Below, piece by piece: positions 15,462 to 28,280 of a stretch of 64,000 nucleotides of DNA. The notes below the pieces were generated by a model. It was not told where the DNA came from. It did no database searches and worked only from the letters and a program-made list of their open reading frames with translations. Source of the stretch: the human T2T-CHM13v2.0 reference genome, Homo sapiens; the NCBI RefSeq assembly GCF_009914755.1, contig NC_060940.1; one strand, given 5' to 3'. Within the stretch, counting starts at the first letter, position 1; each line of letters begins with the position of its first letter. The translations under genes were made by a program, and so were the position numbers.

Positions 15462-16073
15462 TGATACAGGAGTTAAGAAGAAATTACTTAGTCAGATACT
15501 GAAGGTACGGAAGTCCTCGGTAAGGTTTTCCTTTTAATGAAAAGCAGCCCCAAATCATTTTCCTCTCTAACAAAGGGCAGCCTGTAAAGTCGAGCTGCAG
15601 ACATAGAAAAGCAAGCTGGGAGCTGGTACGGGTGAATGCCTGCAGGAACTAGGGACTAGACATGTTCAAGATGGCAGCTCCATCTTCCCTTCTCTTCCAG
15701 CCACGTTTACAAGAAGGACCAGAAAAGATGGTGCCAGCCAAGGAGTGTTCATTTGCATAATCAGATTAGGGTGAGGCAACCAGCATTTCCTGCATGCTAT
15801 CTAAACATCATACCTGATTGAACCAAACTGTGAGCCCTAGAAAATCAGACACTGCCTTCTCAAGCTGTACTACAAAATCCAGCGTAACCGCCGCCAGCGG
15901 TCTTTCCTGCTCAGAGACCCGTCTTTCTCCATAGAGAGAGCTGTTTCTCTTTCTCTTCTCATCTTCCTATTAAACTTCCACTCCTATATCTCTCGTGTGT
16001 GTTCATGTCCTAAATTTTCCTGGGACGAGATGACAAACCCTGGGTGTATACCCCAGACAACACAGCTGCTTCA
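15462..16073 (+). mobile_element. ERV1-class solo LTR, MER61-like (probably MER61F)
   Basis: TG...CA termini (TGATACAGGAGTTAAGAAG ... CCCCAGACAACACAGCTGCTTCA), ATTAAA poly(A) signal near 15969, near-match 4-bp flanks TTAG/TTAA. Subfamily from recall. Confidence 0.75.
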
Positions 16074-16202
16074 TTAAATGCACACCAAAATTAATCCAGA
16101 AAATGTGTCTATATATATTGCTATTTTATCAAACTCATTTTTAGGCAGTTTACTAACTTTAAGAACAAATAATTTTAAAACGGTGGAAACACACAAACAT
16201 GC

Positions 16203-16554
16203 TGTATTAGTCTGTTCTCACACTACTGTGAAGAAATACCTAATACTGGGTAATTTATAAAGGAAAGAGGTGTGACTCACAATTCTGAATGGCTGGGGAG
16301 ACTTCAGGAAACTTGCAATCATGGCAGAAAGCAAAGGGGAAGCAGACAACTTCTTCACAAGGTGGCAGGAGAGAGAGAGAGAAGGCAACGAGGAAGAGAG
16401 TCTTATAAAACCATCAGATCTCGTGAGAACTCACTCACCATCAGGAGATCAACATGGGGGAAACCACCCCCACAATCCAATCACTTCCCTCCCTTCACAC
16501 ATGGGGATTATAATTTGAGATGAGATTTGGGTGGGGCATAGAGCCAAACCCACA
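16203..16554 (-). mobile_element. THE1 (THE1D-like) solo LTR
   Basis: TGTATTAGTCTGTTCTCACACT ... CCATCAGATCTCGTGAGAACTCACTCA ... GAGATTTGGGTGGGG..GAGCCAAACC. Confidence 0.9.
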
Positions 16555-16851
16555 CACACATAGAAAGCAGAATGCTGTAAAGCATATGAAAATAACCTCT
16601 GGTTTTGTCTGTTTCTTTAAAAGGGACCCTAGTTCAGTATATCCTACTAACAATTTTAAGTCTGCCTTTGCATTTAATTTCTTACTGAGCCCCACAATGT
16701 ACCAAACTTCATCACCCGTAAGGCCCAGGTGTCTCCTGTTCAATCTTAGCTTGAGACATTTTGCATTTTTCATTTAGAGCTCGTCTATAGGCCTCAGTTT
16801 TCCTATTTATAAAATAACAGATAAGACTCAGATGGTCCTAAGGTCACTTTT

Positions 16852-17325
16852 TGCTATGGTCTGAATGTGTTCTCTCAAATTCATGTTGAAACTTAATCCC
16901 CAATGAAATAGTACTAAGAGGTGGGACCTTGAGGAGGTAATTAGGTCATGAAGGGTCTTCCCTTGTGAATAGGATCGGTGCCCTTATAAAAGAGGCTCTA
17001 TCATTTGTGTTTCTTTTGAACTATAGTTACAAAGGGCTTGTTCATAACATATCATGCATATACCACATATACAGACACACACACACACATTTGTTGAAGG
17101 AGTAATGGGGTTCAAGAGCACTTTAGTAACCCATCTGCCTTTTTGGTCATGTGAAGACGCTGCCAGAAGATGCCATCCATGGAACAGGTCCTAACCAGAC
17201 ACTGAACCTGCTGGCACCATGACCTTTGGCTTTCCAGCTTTCAAAACTATGGGAAATGCATTTTATTAGATATAAATTGCTCATTATATGGTGTTTTACT
17301 AAGGCAGCCTGAATGAACTAATACA
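16852..17325 (+). mobile_element. MST/MLT1A-type MaLR solo LTR with ~130-bp unrelated insert
   Basis: TGCTATGGTCTGAATGTG start; GAACTAATACA end; middle ~16998-17130 does not resemble MaLR. Confidence 0.75.
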
Positions 17326-17714
17326 CTCGTTCTCAGATCTAAATGTTTATTGTGACATTCCAGGACTTAACTTTGGTTCAAATCTAAACTTTAGAGACTA
17401 TATTAGCTCAAAATTATTCAGTAGTTTTCAAAAAATTCCATAAAGAGGTTCCCATCGACTTACCTAAATCCATCTCCTGCTTATTCCCAGGAAATTCTCA
17501 CCATTTCAGGTAGGCTAATGTCAGTCTCAAAACACATTCAGCTGACTCTAATCTCTGAATCCTCCAGCATCTTGGCAGCTGCTTTATTTATCAGATGCAC
17601 CTGAGTTTAGATCCTGACTCAACCACTTCCCAGCACTGTTGTCTTTATTTAACCTCTTAATCCTGTTTTCTTACATACAAAACAAGGTTGTTTACATGCT
17701 TGCTACTCTAACTA

Positions 17715-17865
17715 TGATCTTCACTCCAGGATTATCAGAATTATGTAAGAGCTTGTTAGAAACACAGAATATCAAACTCAACCCCAGAACTTCTGAATCA
17801 TAATCTGAATTTTAACAAGAATCACAAATGATTCTCATGGATATTAAAATTAGAGAAGCATTGTT
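17715..17865. mobile_element. MER5-type DNA transposon fragment
   Basis: GAGCTTGTTAGAAACACAGAAT ... TTCTGAATCATAATCTGAATTTTAACAAGA ... GAGAAGCATTG. Confidence 0.7.
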
Positions 17866-18377
17866 TTATATAACTCTATCTAATAATGCAAAGAAAAGTG
17901 CTTATAATTATTCCTAGCAGATACTAAGCACTCATTAAACACTGTTATGCTTATTAACTCAGTAAACTGAGTTAATTAACTGAGTAAATATTAACTGGTC
18001 ATAATCCTTAGAACATCAAGGTAGACAGAACTGAATAATTTGGATAATAAGAGCAATGTCTATAGCATTATAATTTCCACTGTCAAAAATGAAAACTTCA
18101 CAAACGTCATCAATAACTGATCTTTAATAAAGACACTAAATGGACTTGAAAAAAATTAGTATGCACTAATGTTTTAGAGAACAAGACACTGAGGCTTAGT
18201 GATATTACATATTCAAGAAAGTAGAAAATTGTACAAGGTCTTCCTATCCACGTACAAGTATTTCCCCCACCAAATTCAGCCTTCTGAAATGAAATTCCAA
18301 GTAGATGCTGTTCCTGCTAAATGTTGTTTAATGATTCATTAAATGCAACAGATAAAAACCAAAATTTTGTGATCACC

Positions 18378-18745
18378 TGTTACTCTAGTTTGAATATTTG
18401 TGTCCCTTCTGCCAAGTTCATATGTTGAAATCCTAACCTCCAAGATGTTGTACTAGGTGAGGCCTTTGGGAGGTAATTAGATGAGGATGGAGGACACATG
18501 CATAGGATCAGTGCCTCCTAAAAGAGACACAGGAGATACCCCCACCAAGATTTCTTTGTCTTCTTCCATATAAGGTTTCATATGGAGAAAAGCTGTCTAT
18601 GAGGAAGCGGGTCCTCATCAGACATTGTTTTTGTCAGTGCTTTGGTCTTGGACTTCCCAGCCTCCAGAATTGTTATAAATTTCCATTGTTTATCAGCCAA
18701 CTAGTTTGTGTTTTTCTGTTACAGCAGCCTTCATGGACTAAGACA
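18378..18745 (+). mobile_element. MLT1A0-like solo LTR
   Basis: TTCATATGTTGAAATCCTAACCTCCAAG ... GGACTTCCCAGCCTCCAGAA ... GGACTAAGACA. Confidence 0.85.
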
Positions 18746-19142
18746 GTAGTTTAGTTTCATCTTTTGATAATCTCCCCTACCTTCTCCAATGTGCCTTCTA
18801 CACTATCCCAATAAGTCACTGTGATTCATGCTTCTATCACTTTATACAGGAAATTTGCATCCTTTAAATGATTTACTTTTTGATAAACTGCAGATATCCT
18901 ACTTCCTTAAGGCCCTTCTTGCATGTTGCCTTCTCTGTGAAGAAATCTATGCTTCCTAGGAAGGCTTAGTTCTTCTGTGACTGTAATGGGGCATAACTTA
19001 TTCTCTCTTTCTAGGTGCTGATGGCACTGTGTTGGAATTGCTTGCTTACCTATCAGTTTCCCTCAGTAAATGATGCACTCAATAAGGGAAAGTTCATTTC
19101 CATCATTTCCTTGGCTTAAATTCCGATTACTGTTTGGCACAG

Positions 19143-19326
19143 CAGTGGATCTCAAACATCTATGTTAATAAGAAGCACCCACAGGCTTATTAACACACAG
19201 CTTGCTGAATCACAACTACAGAGTTTCTGATTTTGTAGGTCTGGAATAGGGCCTGATAACTTGCATTTCTAGGAAGATACTAGGTGATGATGATACTGTT
19301 GGTGCAGACACTTTGAGAACGATTGA
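19143..19326. mobile_element. MER5A DNA transposon
   Basis: CAGTGGATCTCAAAC ... CAGAGTTTCTGATT ... CACTTTGAGAACGATTG. Confidence 0.8.
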
Positions 19327-19452
19327 CTTAAATTAGAAACTCAGTGAACTCTGTAGTAAACATAAATTGATATGGAAGTGCTTACACACCCTGTACCTGA
19401 TGTCAGATAGATCTGAGATCAAATCTTTGATCTTCCAATTATCAATTCTATA

Positions 19453-19930
19453 TATTAAAAAAAATAGATTCAGGGGTACATGTGCAGATTTGTTACATGG
19501 ATATATTGTGTGATGCTGAGGTTTGGGCTTCAGCTGAACCTGTCACCTAATGAATGTAGTGTCCCATAGGTGGTTTTTCAATGCTTGCGCCTCTCCCTCC
19601 ACCTTCTGGAATTCCTAATATCTATTTTTCCGTCTTTATGTCCACTTGTACAAAATGATTAGTTCCAACTTTAAGTAAAAACGTGTTATTTGGTTTTCTG
19701 ATTCTGTATTAAATCACTCAGTGTAATGACCTCCATCTGCATCGAGGTTGCTGCAAAGGACATGATTTCATGCTTTTTTATGGCTACATAGTATTCCATG
19801 GTATATATGTCTGCTTAGTATTCCATGGTGTATATATGCCACATTTTATTTATTCAATCCACTCTCGATGTGCTCCTATGTTCACTCAATATCTCTGCTC
19901 CTGTTAATAGGGTTGCAATAGACATATACA
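19453..19930 (-). mobile_element. L1 3' end (L1PB/old L1PA-like)
   Basis: GGGGTACATGTGCAGATTTGTTACATGG ... GCTGCAAAGGACATGATTTCAT ... TAGTATTCCATGGTGTATAT antisense L1 3'UTR/ORF2 end. Confidence 0.85.
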
Positions 19931-20027
19931 TGTTTTTGTGTGTGTATAGTGTTGTTCCTCAGAGCATTTGTTTTCTATGACTGCATAACAAATTGCCACA
20001 AATGTAAGGGTTTAAAACACGTTTATT

Positions 20028-21110
20028 ACAGTTTGGAAGTTCCTCAAAAAAGTAAACATAGTGTGATGGTTAATACTGAGTGTCAACTTGATTGGATTTA
20101 AAGATGCAAAGTATTGATCCTAGGTGTTTCTGTGAGGATGTTGCTGAAGGAGATTAACATTTGAGTAAATGGGCTGGGAAATGCAGACCCTCCCTTAATC
20201 TAGGTGGGAACCATCTAACCAGCTGCCAGCGTGGCTAGGATATAAAGCAAGCAGAAAACTGTGAAAAGACTAGACTGGCCTAGCCTCCCAGTCTACATCT
20301 TTCTCCCATGCTGGATGCTTCCTGCCCTCAAACATCAAACTGTAAGTTCTTCAGTTTTGGCACTCAGACTAGCTCTCGTTGCTCCTCAGCTTTCTGACAG
20401 CCTATTGTGGGATCTGTGAGCTTGTGAGTTAATACTTAATAAGCTCATATATATCTATATATATATATATAGATATATATATATGTATCTCCTATATATA
20501 TATATATCTCCTATATATACTTAATAAACTCCTATATATATGATATATATCCTATTAGTTCTGCCCCTCTAGAGAATGCTGACAAATATACATAGAATTT
20601 CCATATAATGTAATAATTCTACTCCTAGTTAAATAATCAAATCTATTGAAAGCAAGGACTCAAACAAATACATGTACACATATTCATAGCAACACTATTC
20701 ACAATAGCCAAAAGGAGAAAGCAACTCAAACGGGCATTGATGAATGAATCAATAAAGAAAATGTTTTATATCCATATGAAGTACTGATATATGCTACAAT
20801 GCCAGGAAGCCTCAAAAACAGGAAGCCAAGCAAATGTAGTCAGACACCAAGGTCATGTAGTGTATGGTTCTATTTATATAAAATATCCAGAACAGGTAAA
20901 TCTATAGATACAGAAACAAATTATTCGCTTCTAGGGGCTGGCAGGAGGCGGATGAAGAGTGACTGTTTAATGGGTGCAGAGATTCTTTTTGGGGTGGTTA
21001 AAATGTTTTAGAAATAGTGGTAATGGTTGTACAACATGAGTGTACTAAATGCCACAGAGTTATATGCTTCAAAATGGTTAACTTTATGTGAATTTTACCT
21101 CAATTAAATA
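20028..21110 (+). mobile_element. L1MB-type 3' end, interrupted by MLT2A
   Basis: CAGTTTGGAAGTTCCTCAAAAAAGTAAACATAG / AATTTCCATAT ... TTCAAAATGGTTAACTTTATGTGAATTTTACCTCAATTAAA. Confidence 0.85.
20062..20590 (+). mobile_element. MLT2A (HERVL) solo LTR with internal (TA)n
   Basis: TGTGATGGTTAATACTGAGTGTCAACTTGATTGGATT start; 5-bp TSD CATAG at 20057-20061 and 20591-20595. Confidence 0.92.
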
Positions 21111-22790
21111 TGATTTAAAACATCCATTTATTTTCTTACAGTTTGTGTGGGGCAGATTAGGAGCTTGGGCACATTTTAGCTGATTATTCTGCTCAAGGTC
21201 TTAAAAAACTTCAACTAAGCATTAGTCAGGCTGAATTCTGATCAGAGGCTTGATTGGGGAAGAATCTTTTCCCAAGCTCTCTTAAGTTGTTGGCTGAATT
21301 TATTTCTTTGTAGCTGTAGAATTAATGGCATTTCACTTCTTCAGGACCAGTAAGAGAATAATTCTGGCTTCTCTCCCCCAGTCTGAGCCACTTGGCTGCA
21401 TTGCAGTATACTTTTGAGATTCTGTACCATTACTTAAGCTCCTCTGTAGTATACCCACAAAATTGGTATTCATCCTTCAATACTGACATGTAGGCTGTAG
21501 CTCATGTATCTGTGATCTCAAGATGACCAATCATTACCTCTGCTTAAGTACTACACATCAAATTGAATTATAATCATTTGTCTAGAGCCTTTCTACCTAG
21601 AATGCTAAGTTCTGGTAAAAAGTATATCTTGTCTTCTTCATATGCTGAATAGCTGGCACTCTTTTCAGAATTCACTTGATTAGGTAAGACACAACCAGGA
21701 TAATTTCCCTTTTGATTAAGTCAAAGTCAAATGATTTGAGACCTTAATTACAGCTGAAAAGTTCCTTCACCTTTAGCAAATCACAGGATCTGCCTACACT
21801 CAAGGGGAGAGAGTTATATGGGGGTCACCTTAACACATAAATGCTACACGAACTTCCCAATGTTTAAAGTGAGAAAGTAATAGGTCTTTCATAGGAGTTC
21901 AATGACACATAGTCAGCACAGGGCTGGCATATAGTGAATGCTTAATAAATATGAGTTACCATTATAATTATTTATCTCATTTATCATGCCACTTATCCTT
22001 ACACAATTCTTCCTATTATGTATTCATTTTAACTCTAATGAAGTAATTGATGCCAAAAAAGAAAACCTAATCATGATTATTAGATATTAGAGCTGAAGAG
22101 CAGAGACCAAACACACCTGACTCCAGTGCTTCAAAATATATTTTCAGGAAAAAAAAAATAGCATCTTAACCCCTGCAAGGAAGTGACAGGTGGGCTGCTA
22201 AGGAGATGTGTGGGAGTTTTCTGAGGATGTCTGCAGTCAGAATGTATCTTGGAGAGGGCTTTAGAGAAGCGATTTTTCACCTGAATAATGGTGGCAATCA
22301 AATCAATGAGAGTTGATAGTGCTGTTTGATGCAGCTGCCTGATGGGTGCTTCCCCCTGAGGGCCTTGGTAAGCACTTCCAAGCTATTGTTCCTGAGCCTT
22401 GTGCTATTACTTGTCTCTGAATAATTGCAGTTTTTTCACTGCCAGTATCAGCAGCATATTCTGATTATTCATAGAACATAGGCAGCAGGTGGGTGAGGAG
22501 ATGGAACTGGCCCATTTCTAAGCAGGAGGGAGTCCTGTGATGAGGTTGGATATGCATGGACTCTAGATCAAACAGACCTGGTTTCTATATTCATTTGTTT
22601 ATCACCATCAAGCTATATTGTTGGAAATTTTTATGACCTAGGTAAACCTCAGCTTCTTCATCTTTCAAATAAAAATAACAATTTCTAAGTTTTAGCATTG
22701 TCTTCCACAAAACATGGCTGATTGCAGGTAGCTATTTTGCTGTTGTTGCTATTGTTGTTACTATCAGGGTTATTAAAATACCTAACACTT

Positions 22791-23120
<330 letters not shown>

Positions 23121-23544
23121 CTATCATGGTTAAGTGTCAGTGATGATCACCATTTATGCAAAGGCTCAGATGAAGCAAAAGGATTGAGTAATGTTAGCTT
23201 TCCTGAAAGCCATGACCTTCAGCCATGCTACAAGTCAGAATCCCTGCTTAAATTGTGAGCCCACAACAAACTATTTAATTTATGCTAGTTGCATCATCTG
23301 TAAGATTGTGAGGTCACAGGGCCACTATAAGGATTGAAGAACTTGATCCAATAGTTTTCTTCACAAATGCCTAGTATAAAGTGTGCAGTGGAGGTGAGAT
23401 ATTAAAGAAGGATTAAGAGGGAAAAAGTAAGAATTTGAAATTATTATTCTCCCTCCATAATGTAAAATCTTACCCATTTGATTCTATTGTAGTACACTTT
23501 TGATGCTCTGTACTTAAGTTCCTCCTTAAGCTCCTCTCTGTAGT

Positions 23545-25069
23545 TGACAGCAGCAGCAGCCCATATGTTGGGGGCACTGCAAAGACACCAGCTGCAGCGA
23601 GGGAGAAGTGACTGGAGCTGAGTGCTCTGCAGAGCCAGTGGGAGCCAGAAACAGGCAGGAGCCCTGCCCACTTCAGAGTTGGCATGACAGGGGCCTCATC
23701 CTTCTGGGTTCAGCTGCAGCCACCTAGCCGTGGCCATGGACCCAGGCATCCCTACACTACTGGGGGCCCAGGAAGACCCCCCTCCCCCTACAGGCTCAGA
23801 AGTGGCTATGCCCAATCCCTGGCTTCTCCCTGTTCCCAGTGCCAGCTCCAATTTCAGAGCAAAGTTGTGGTCAAGCCCAGGCACTGTTGTGACCTGACCA
23901 GGTGTGCCCATGTTTGGGGTGGCACTGACACGCCAGCCCCCTACCACCTTGGCCACCTCCAGACTTTGGGTTTGGGGGGCTGAAGGTAGCTCAGCACTGG
24001 CCTGCAGGTGCCCTTTGGCATGAACAACTTGGGTGCTGCAGATGACATATAGATGGCAGCAGGAGGGAGACAGGCTCCTGGGCAGAAAGGGGCAGGTCTC
24101 TGCTGAAGCCCCACCTTCAAGCCAGGGATAACCTGAAGCATGGGGGCCCAACTGTCGATTCTGGGTGGAGCCTGTGGCCTGGAGTGAGAACTTATGGTGC
24201 TTTTTTGGGCCCACCCATGGCTGCCCGTGGATCAGTCAGCATGCACTTCTTCTGAAGCTCATAAAAACCCTGGACGCAGCCAGACTCAGGCAGACAATGG
24301 GACGACCTGCCTGCAGATAGGGACTACCCTCTCTGGGTCTCCCCTCTGCTGAGGACTGCACACTCCTCAGGACAACCTGCCTTTGGAAAGTAGCTACCCA
24401 CTTTGGGTGTCCTTGGAGCTGTACTGTTGCTCAATAAAACACCTCTTTGCCTTGGTCATCCTCCAGTTGTCCATGTACCTCATTCTTACTAATGTGGGAA
24501 AAGAACTTGGGGCCCACCGAATGGTGGGACTGAAAGAGGTATAACACAAACAGAGCTGAAACATGTACACCCCCGTCCCCCAACTCACCACACTGTGGGC
24601 AACAAGAAGTAGAGAAGAGCTGGGGCTCCCTGAGCCAGGGCTGTGCCACCCTCTTTGGGGCTCTGTGGTTTCTGGCATCTCCAAGCTTCTGGGCACCATT
24701 GTGTTCCCCTCATCCAGACATGGGTGCCCACAGCAGAAGGCATTTTGGTGCATCTGTTCCAGCCACAGGCTTGCACAGAGCTGGCACCTGTGCTGGTGCC
24801 TGTAGCTGCCTGCCCCCCACAGCAGCTGACATGCCTGGCTGTGACAGGAGCCGGACCCTGCTCTCATTTGCTCAGGCACCCCTCACCATTCTGCACCTGG
24901 CTCCAGTCTTCAGAGGTGTGGGATGCAGGCCAGTATCTTGAGTTGAGTGTAGCCTGCCAGGCCGATTGGGCAGAATGAGCCCAGTGGGCTCAAGCAAAAC
25001 TAGGGCAAAGGTCCGACTGGTCACAGAGGTTTCCAGCTGGAAGAGTGACACCCTAAGGATCCTGTGACA
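23545..25069 (+). mobile_element. MER52A-like ERV1 solo LTR (1.5 kb, GC-rich)
   Basis: TG...CA termini, 4-bp TSD TAGT at 23541-23544 and 25070-25073, TATA-like CATAAAAA ~24261, AATAAA ~24434. Explains the dense spurious ORFs here. Confidence 0.88.
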
Positions 25070-27876
25070 TAGTCATCCAGAGAATTTGTATTCATCTTTC
25101 AACACTGACATTCTCCATGCAGGTTTTGGCTTATATGTCTGTGCTTCCAAGACAACCAACCACCACCTCTGCTTAAGTACTACACACCACATTCAATCAC
25201 AATCATTTGTTTATAATCTGCCTTCCCATCTAAAATGCTAATATCTGGTAAAGGTGATAACCTGTCTTTGTTATACACTCAACAACTAGCACAAAATCCA
25301 ACTAGTAATAGTTGCTTTATATATGATTGAAAGTAAAGTGAGTGATTGAATAAATGAACACATAAACAAAAATAAATGAATGTTCTCTGACATTATTACT
25401 CTGCAAAGGTATCTTTGCCAAACAAGCGTATCTGGTAAATGAGAATTGTAATTCCCGTTTGCACACAGGAATTATTTTGAAACTCCTTGAGTGATGGCTT
25501 TATGAAAACAATACTCCTCCCTCAAATTTCTTTTTAAAACTCCATTTTGATGAAAAACATTTTCCCAGTTTTACAACATTCTCTCCACAGCTCTGTTTTC
25601 ATTCAGCACTAATAAATCCAACAATAAAACAAATAATTTAAGAAAGGAACAAAATATTTCCTGTTATTTTTGTATGTCATTTATGAATATACTCATTTCT
25701 TATTTACTGGGTTAGTTGATTTTCAAGAATTCCAATCCTTGTTCCAAGTTGCTCATTATTTAAAAGTACACAAGTTCCCTATTCTTTTTCCGCCTTTCCA
25801 GAACTTTCCCAATATAAAATCTTTTAAAGGTATCTGTGAGACCAAACTATTGCTTCCTAAGACCTGATTCATGCCTAAAGCAAAAAAAAAGGAGGCAGCC
25901 AGCATGACTTAGAAGACACGGGGATTCTGTGGAAAATCACTTGGTGAAAAATATAAAGAAAACTGTGTAAATGCTTTTGGCTCATTGATTGGAGTCCAAA
26001 TTAATGGATGCCAGTTCAAATGAGCAGACTCTGGTGATTGGTAGGGAATTAAGTGGGTCATAGTGAAGGAAGAAGAAAAAAAGGAAGAAATAAACATATA
26101 AAACTGGGAGCCTCAGAAAGAAAATGGAGAAATACCATTTCTTAGGTACTTACTATGTGTGAGGCATCATTCTTGTCTTTGGGTATTTAACACACACAGA
26201 TAAACATCTAAATAGCATAAGGCCATCTACTCACTGCCTCAAAATTTATATCTCGCTATAGGCAACTGTTTCTGAACTATTGCGTGAAACATCCATAATG
26301 TATTTTTCTGTGGAATTTTTTTTTCATTTCCTTTTATTATCCCTCTGCTCTGATTGATATTTCCTGTTTCCATGGACTTTCTCCTTTTAGCTACACCTTC
26401 TCCTATCTGAAACCTGAACTCAGGGGTCAAGTTTTCCAGAATATCTTGCCTGTCCAATCACCTTATCTTTTTTTTAGCCATAATAACCTGTGTGTGTGTT
26501 CTGCTGCATATGATATTTTGTGTCTGCCTTTCCAGTCACTGAAGAATGATAGCTGAATAAATGAAGGAAAGGTTGAATGAGGGCTCTGATTTTATCCTTC
26601 ATAGAAAACCTATAGAAGAGGTGTTAGCTTCTGAATCTTACAGATGATGAATTAATTATTAGTATCATCATCAACTCCAGGATTCAAAGCCTTATCTATT
26701 AGAAATATCGTTCCTGTTCTTGACACTCAGCAACACTATAATTGTTTAATTAAAATACAACCATATAAAGGAGAAAATAGTTATTGCTTGGGAAGAATAG
26801 TTACACCAAGAAAAAACAACATAGATCTTACAAGGAAAACCAGGATAATTTTTGCATTCTTAATGAGAAAAAGCGAAAGAAAGAAAGGAAGTAAACATTT
26901 CTGATCCATCAGAGAAGTGAAAATGCATTCTGTGTAATGAAATCTGTGTATATCACACATGCCAGGAAGACACGTCAGAATAAAAGCTACAATCCATCCA
27001 AAGTGTTATAAACTCTCTCTTGTGCTCCTATTAATAGCACTCTTAGATGAAAGGAAAAGAGCAATGGCCTTGGATCTAGATGAAATGAATTCATTCGTCA
27101 GACCTGATGAGCCCAGCCCAACTGGCATTTTTAACAGTGTGTCCTTGGACATGTTACCTAAAATCTCTAGCCTTAGTTTCCACATCTAAAACTGGACATC
27201 ATATCAACCTGCTAGAGCTGTTGTAAAATGTATATTAGATAATGGATATAAAACACCCAGCACACTACTGGCACCTATTAAATACTCGGTATTTAATAAT
27301 GATGATGATAATGATAACACCAAAAGTAATGGCATCTCACCTCCCTGAACTACAATGTCTTTAAGTGAATGTTTTTCATAATTCAAAGGATTTTAGGGAG
27401 TATCCTAAATGATGATGAATTCATTGTAAGTCAAGCTATGCACACACAGGATAATGACATTCTTCAGCACTCAAGTACTATGGTGACTTTCTGCTATTGT
27501 TGAGAGAGTGAGCCCAGGGGACCAGGAAGGCTTGATGTCTGTCTTGGTTTATCAGTACCTTCTTACCATGAAGAGGGTGATGTAAGCACAAAGGAAACCT
27601 GGACCATTTTATTATTATTAGATTATTAGCTCAGGCTTATTCTTTAAACCCTTGCACAAAAGCTCTCTGAAAGGGAGCAGTTGGTCTCACTCTAACCCTA
27701 GATAGAAAGGACTTCTCCTTTCTGCTATGTCCAAGTGATACTAGCAAGGACCGCTCGAATGCTCAGAGAGCATCCTTATTTATTTGAACGTAAGAGGAGA
27801 GGGAAAGTAAAGCCAAGTCTTTTTGACATTTCAAATCTCTTCGTTTTACCTTCTTATTGACCTTCCTAACATATCA

Positions 27877-28280
27877 TCCAAAGGTTGTGTTCCCTGGGAA
27901 GCAGATTCTAGGACAGTGTTAGAGGCACAAAAGGTTTAGAGGGGGTCATTCTGTGAAGGGCATGGGAGGAAGGATGAGTGGGCAGGGGAAGGTGTCAGAT
28001 CACAATACAGACCTGAAGAAAATCTCTGGCAACCTAAACAAGGAAGTCTGGGTCAAAGATCATCCATCAGAGGAATCCTGTATCGAATGAAAATGGCTGG
28101 GTTTTGTACCATTGCCTTCTTCAATAATTAGATGAAAGCCCCAGGAGGGAGTGTGTTCTGGGCTAGATAATTGCTGAAGCAAACCCCGAAAATGCTGCCG
28201 ACTGAAGATTGTTAGCTAACACAGTCCTTGCAGTTGGACAGTAAGTCTTTCCTTGAAGAAGAATATGAGTGGCACATCTC
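27877..28280 (-). mobile_element. LTR16-like (ERVL) old LTR
   Basis: TTCCCTGGGAAGCAGATTCT ... GGAAGGATGAGTGGGCAGGGGAAGG ... CCATCAGAGGAATCCTG resembles antisense LTR16. Confidence 0.6.

Larger units (their letters stand above)
19960..21850 (-). mobile_element. MLT1E-type LTR, host of nested L1MB/MLT2A and of a duplicated segment
   Basis: MLT1 start ~19965-20020 (CATAACAAATTGCCACAAA), resumes ~21115-21350, and again ~21660-21850 (CAGGATAATTTCCCTTTTGATTAAGTCAAAGTCAA). Confidence 0.75.

Noticed and set aside
23444-24978. Cluster of overlapping ORFs up to 172 aa
   Set aside because: Nearly all lie in the GC-rich MER52 LTR, where stops are rare; no gag/pol/env motifs.
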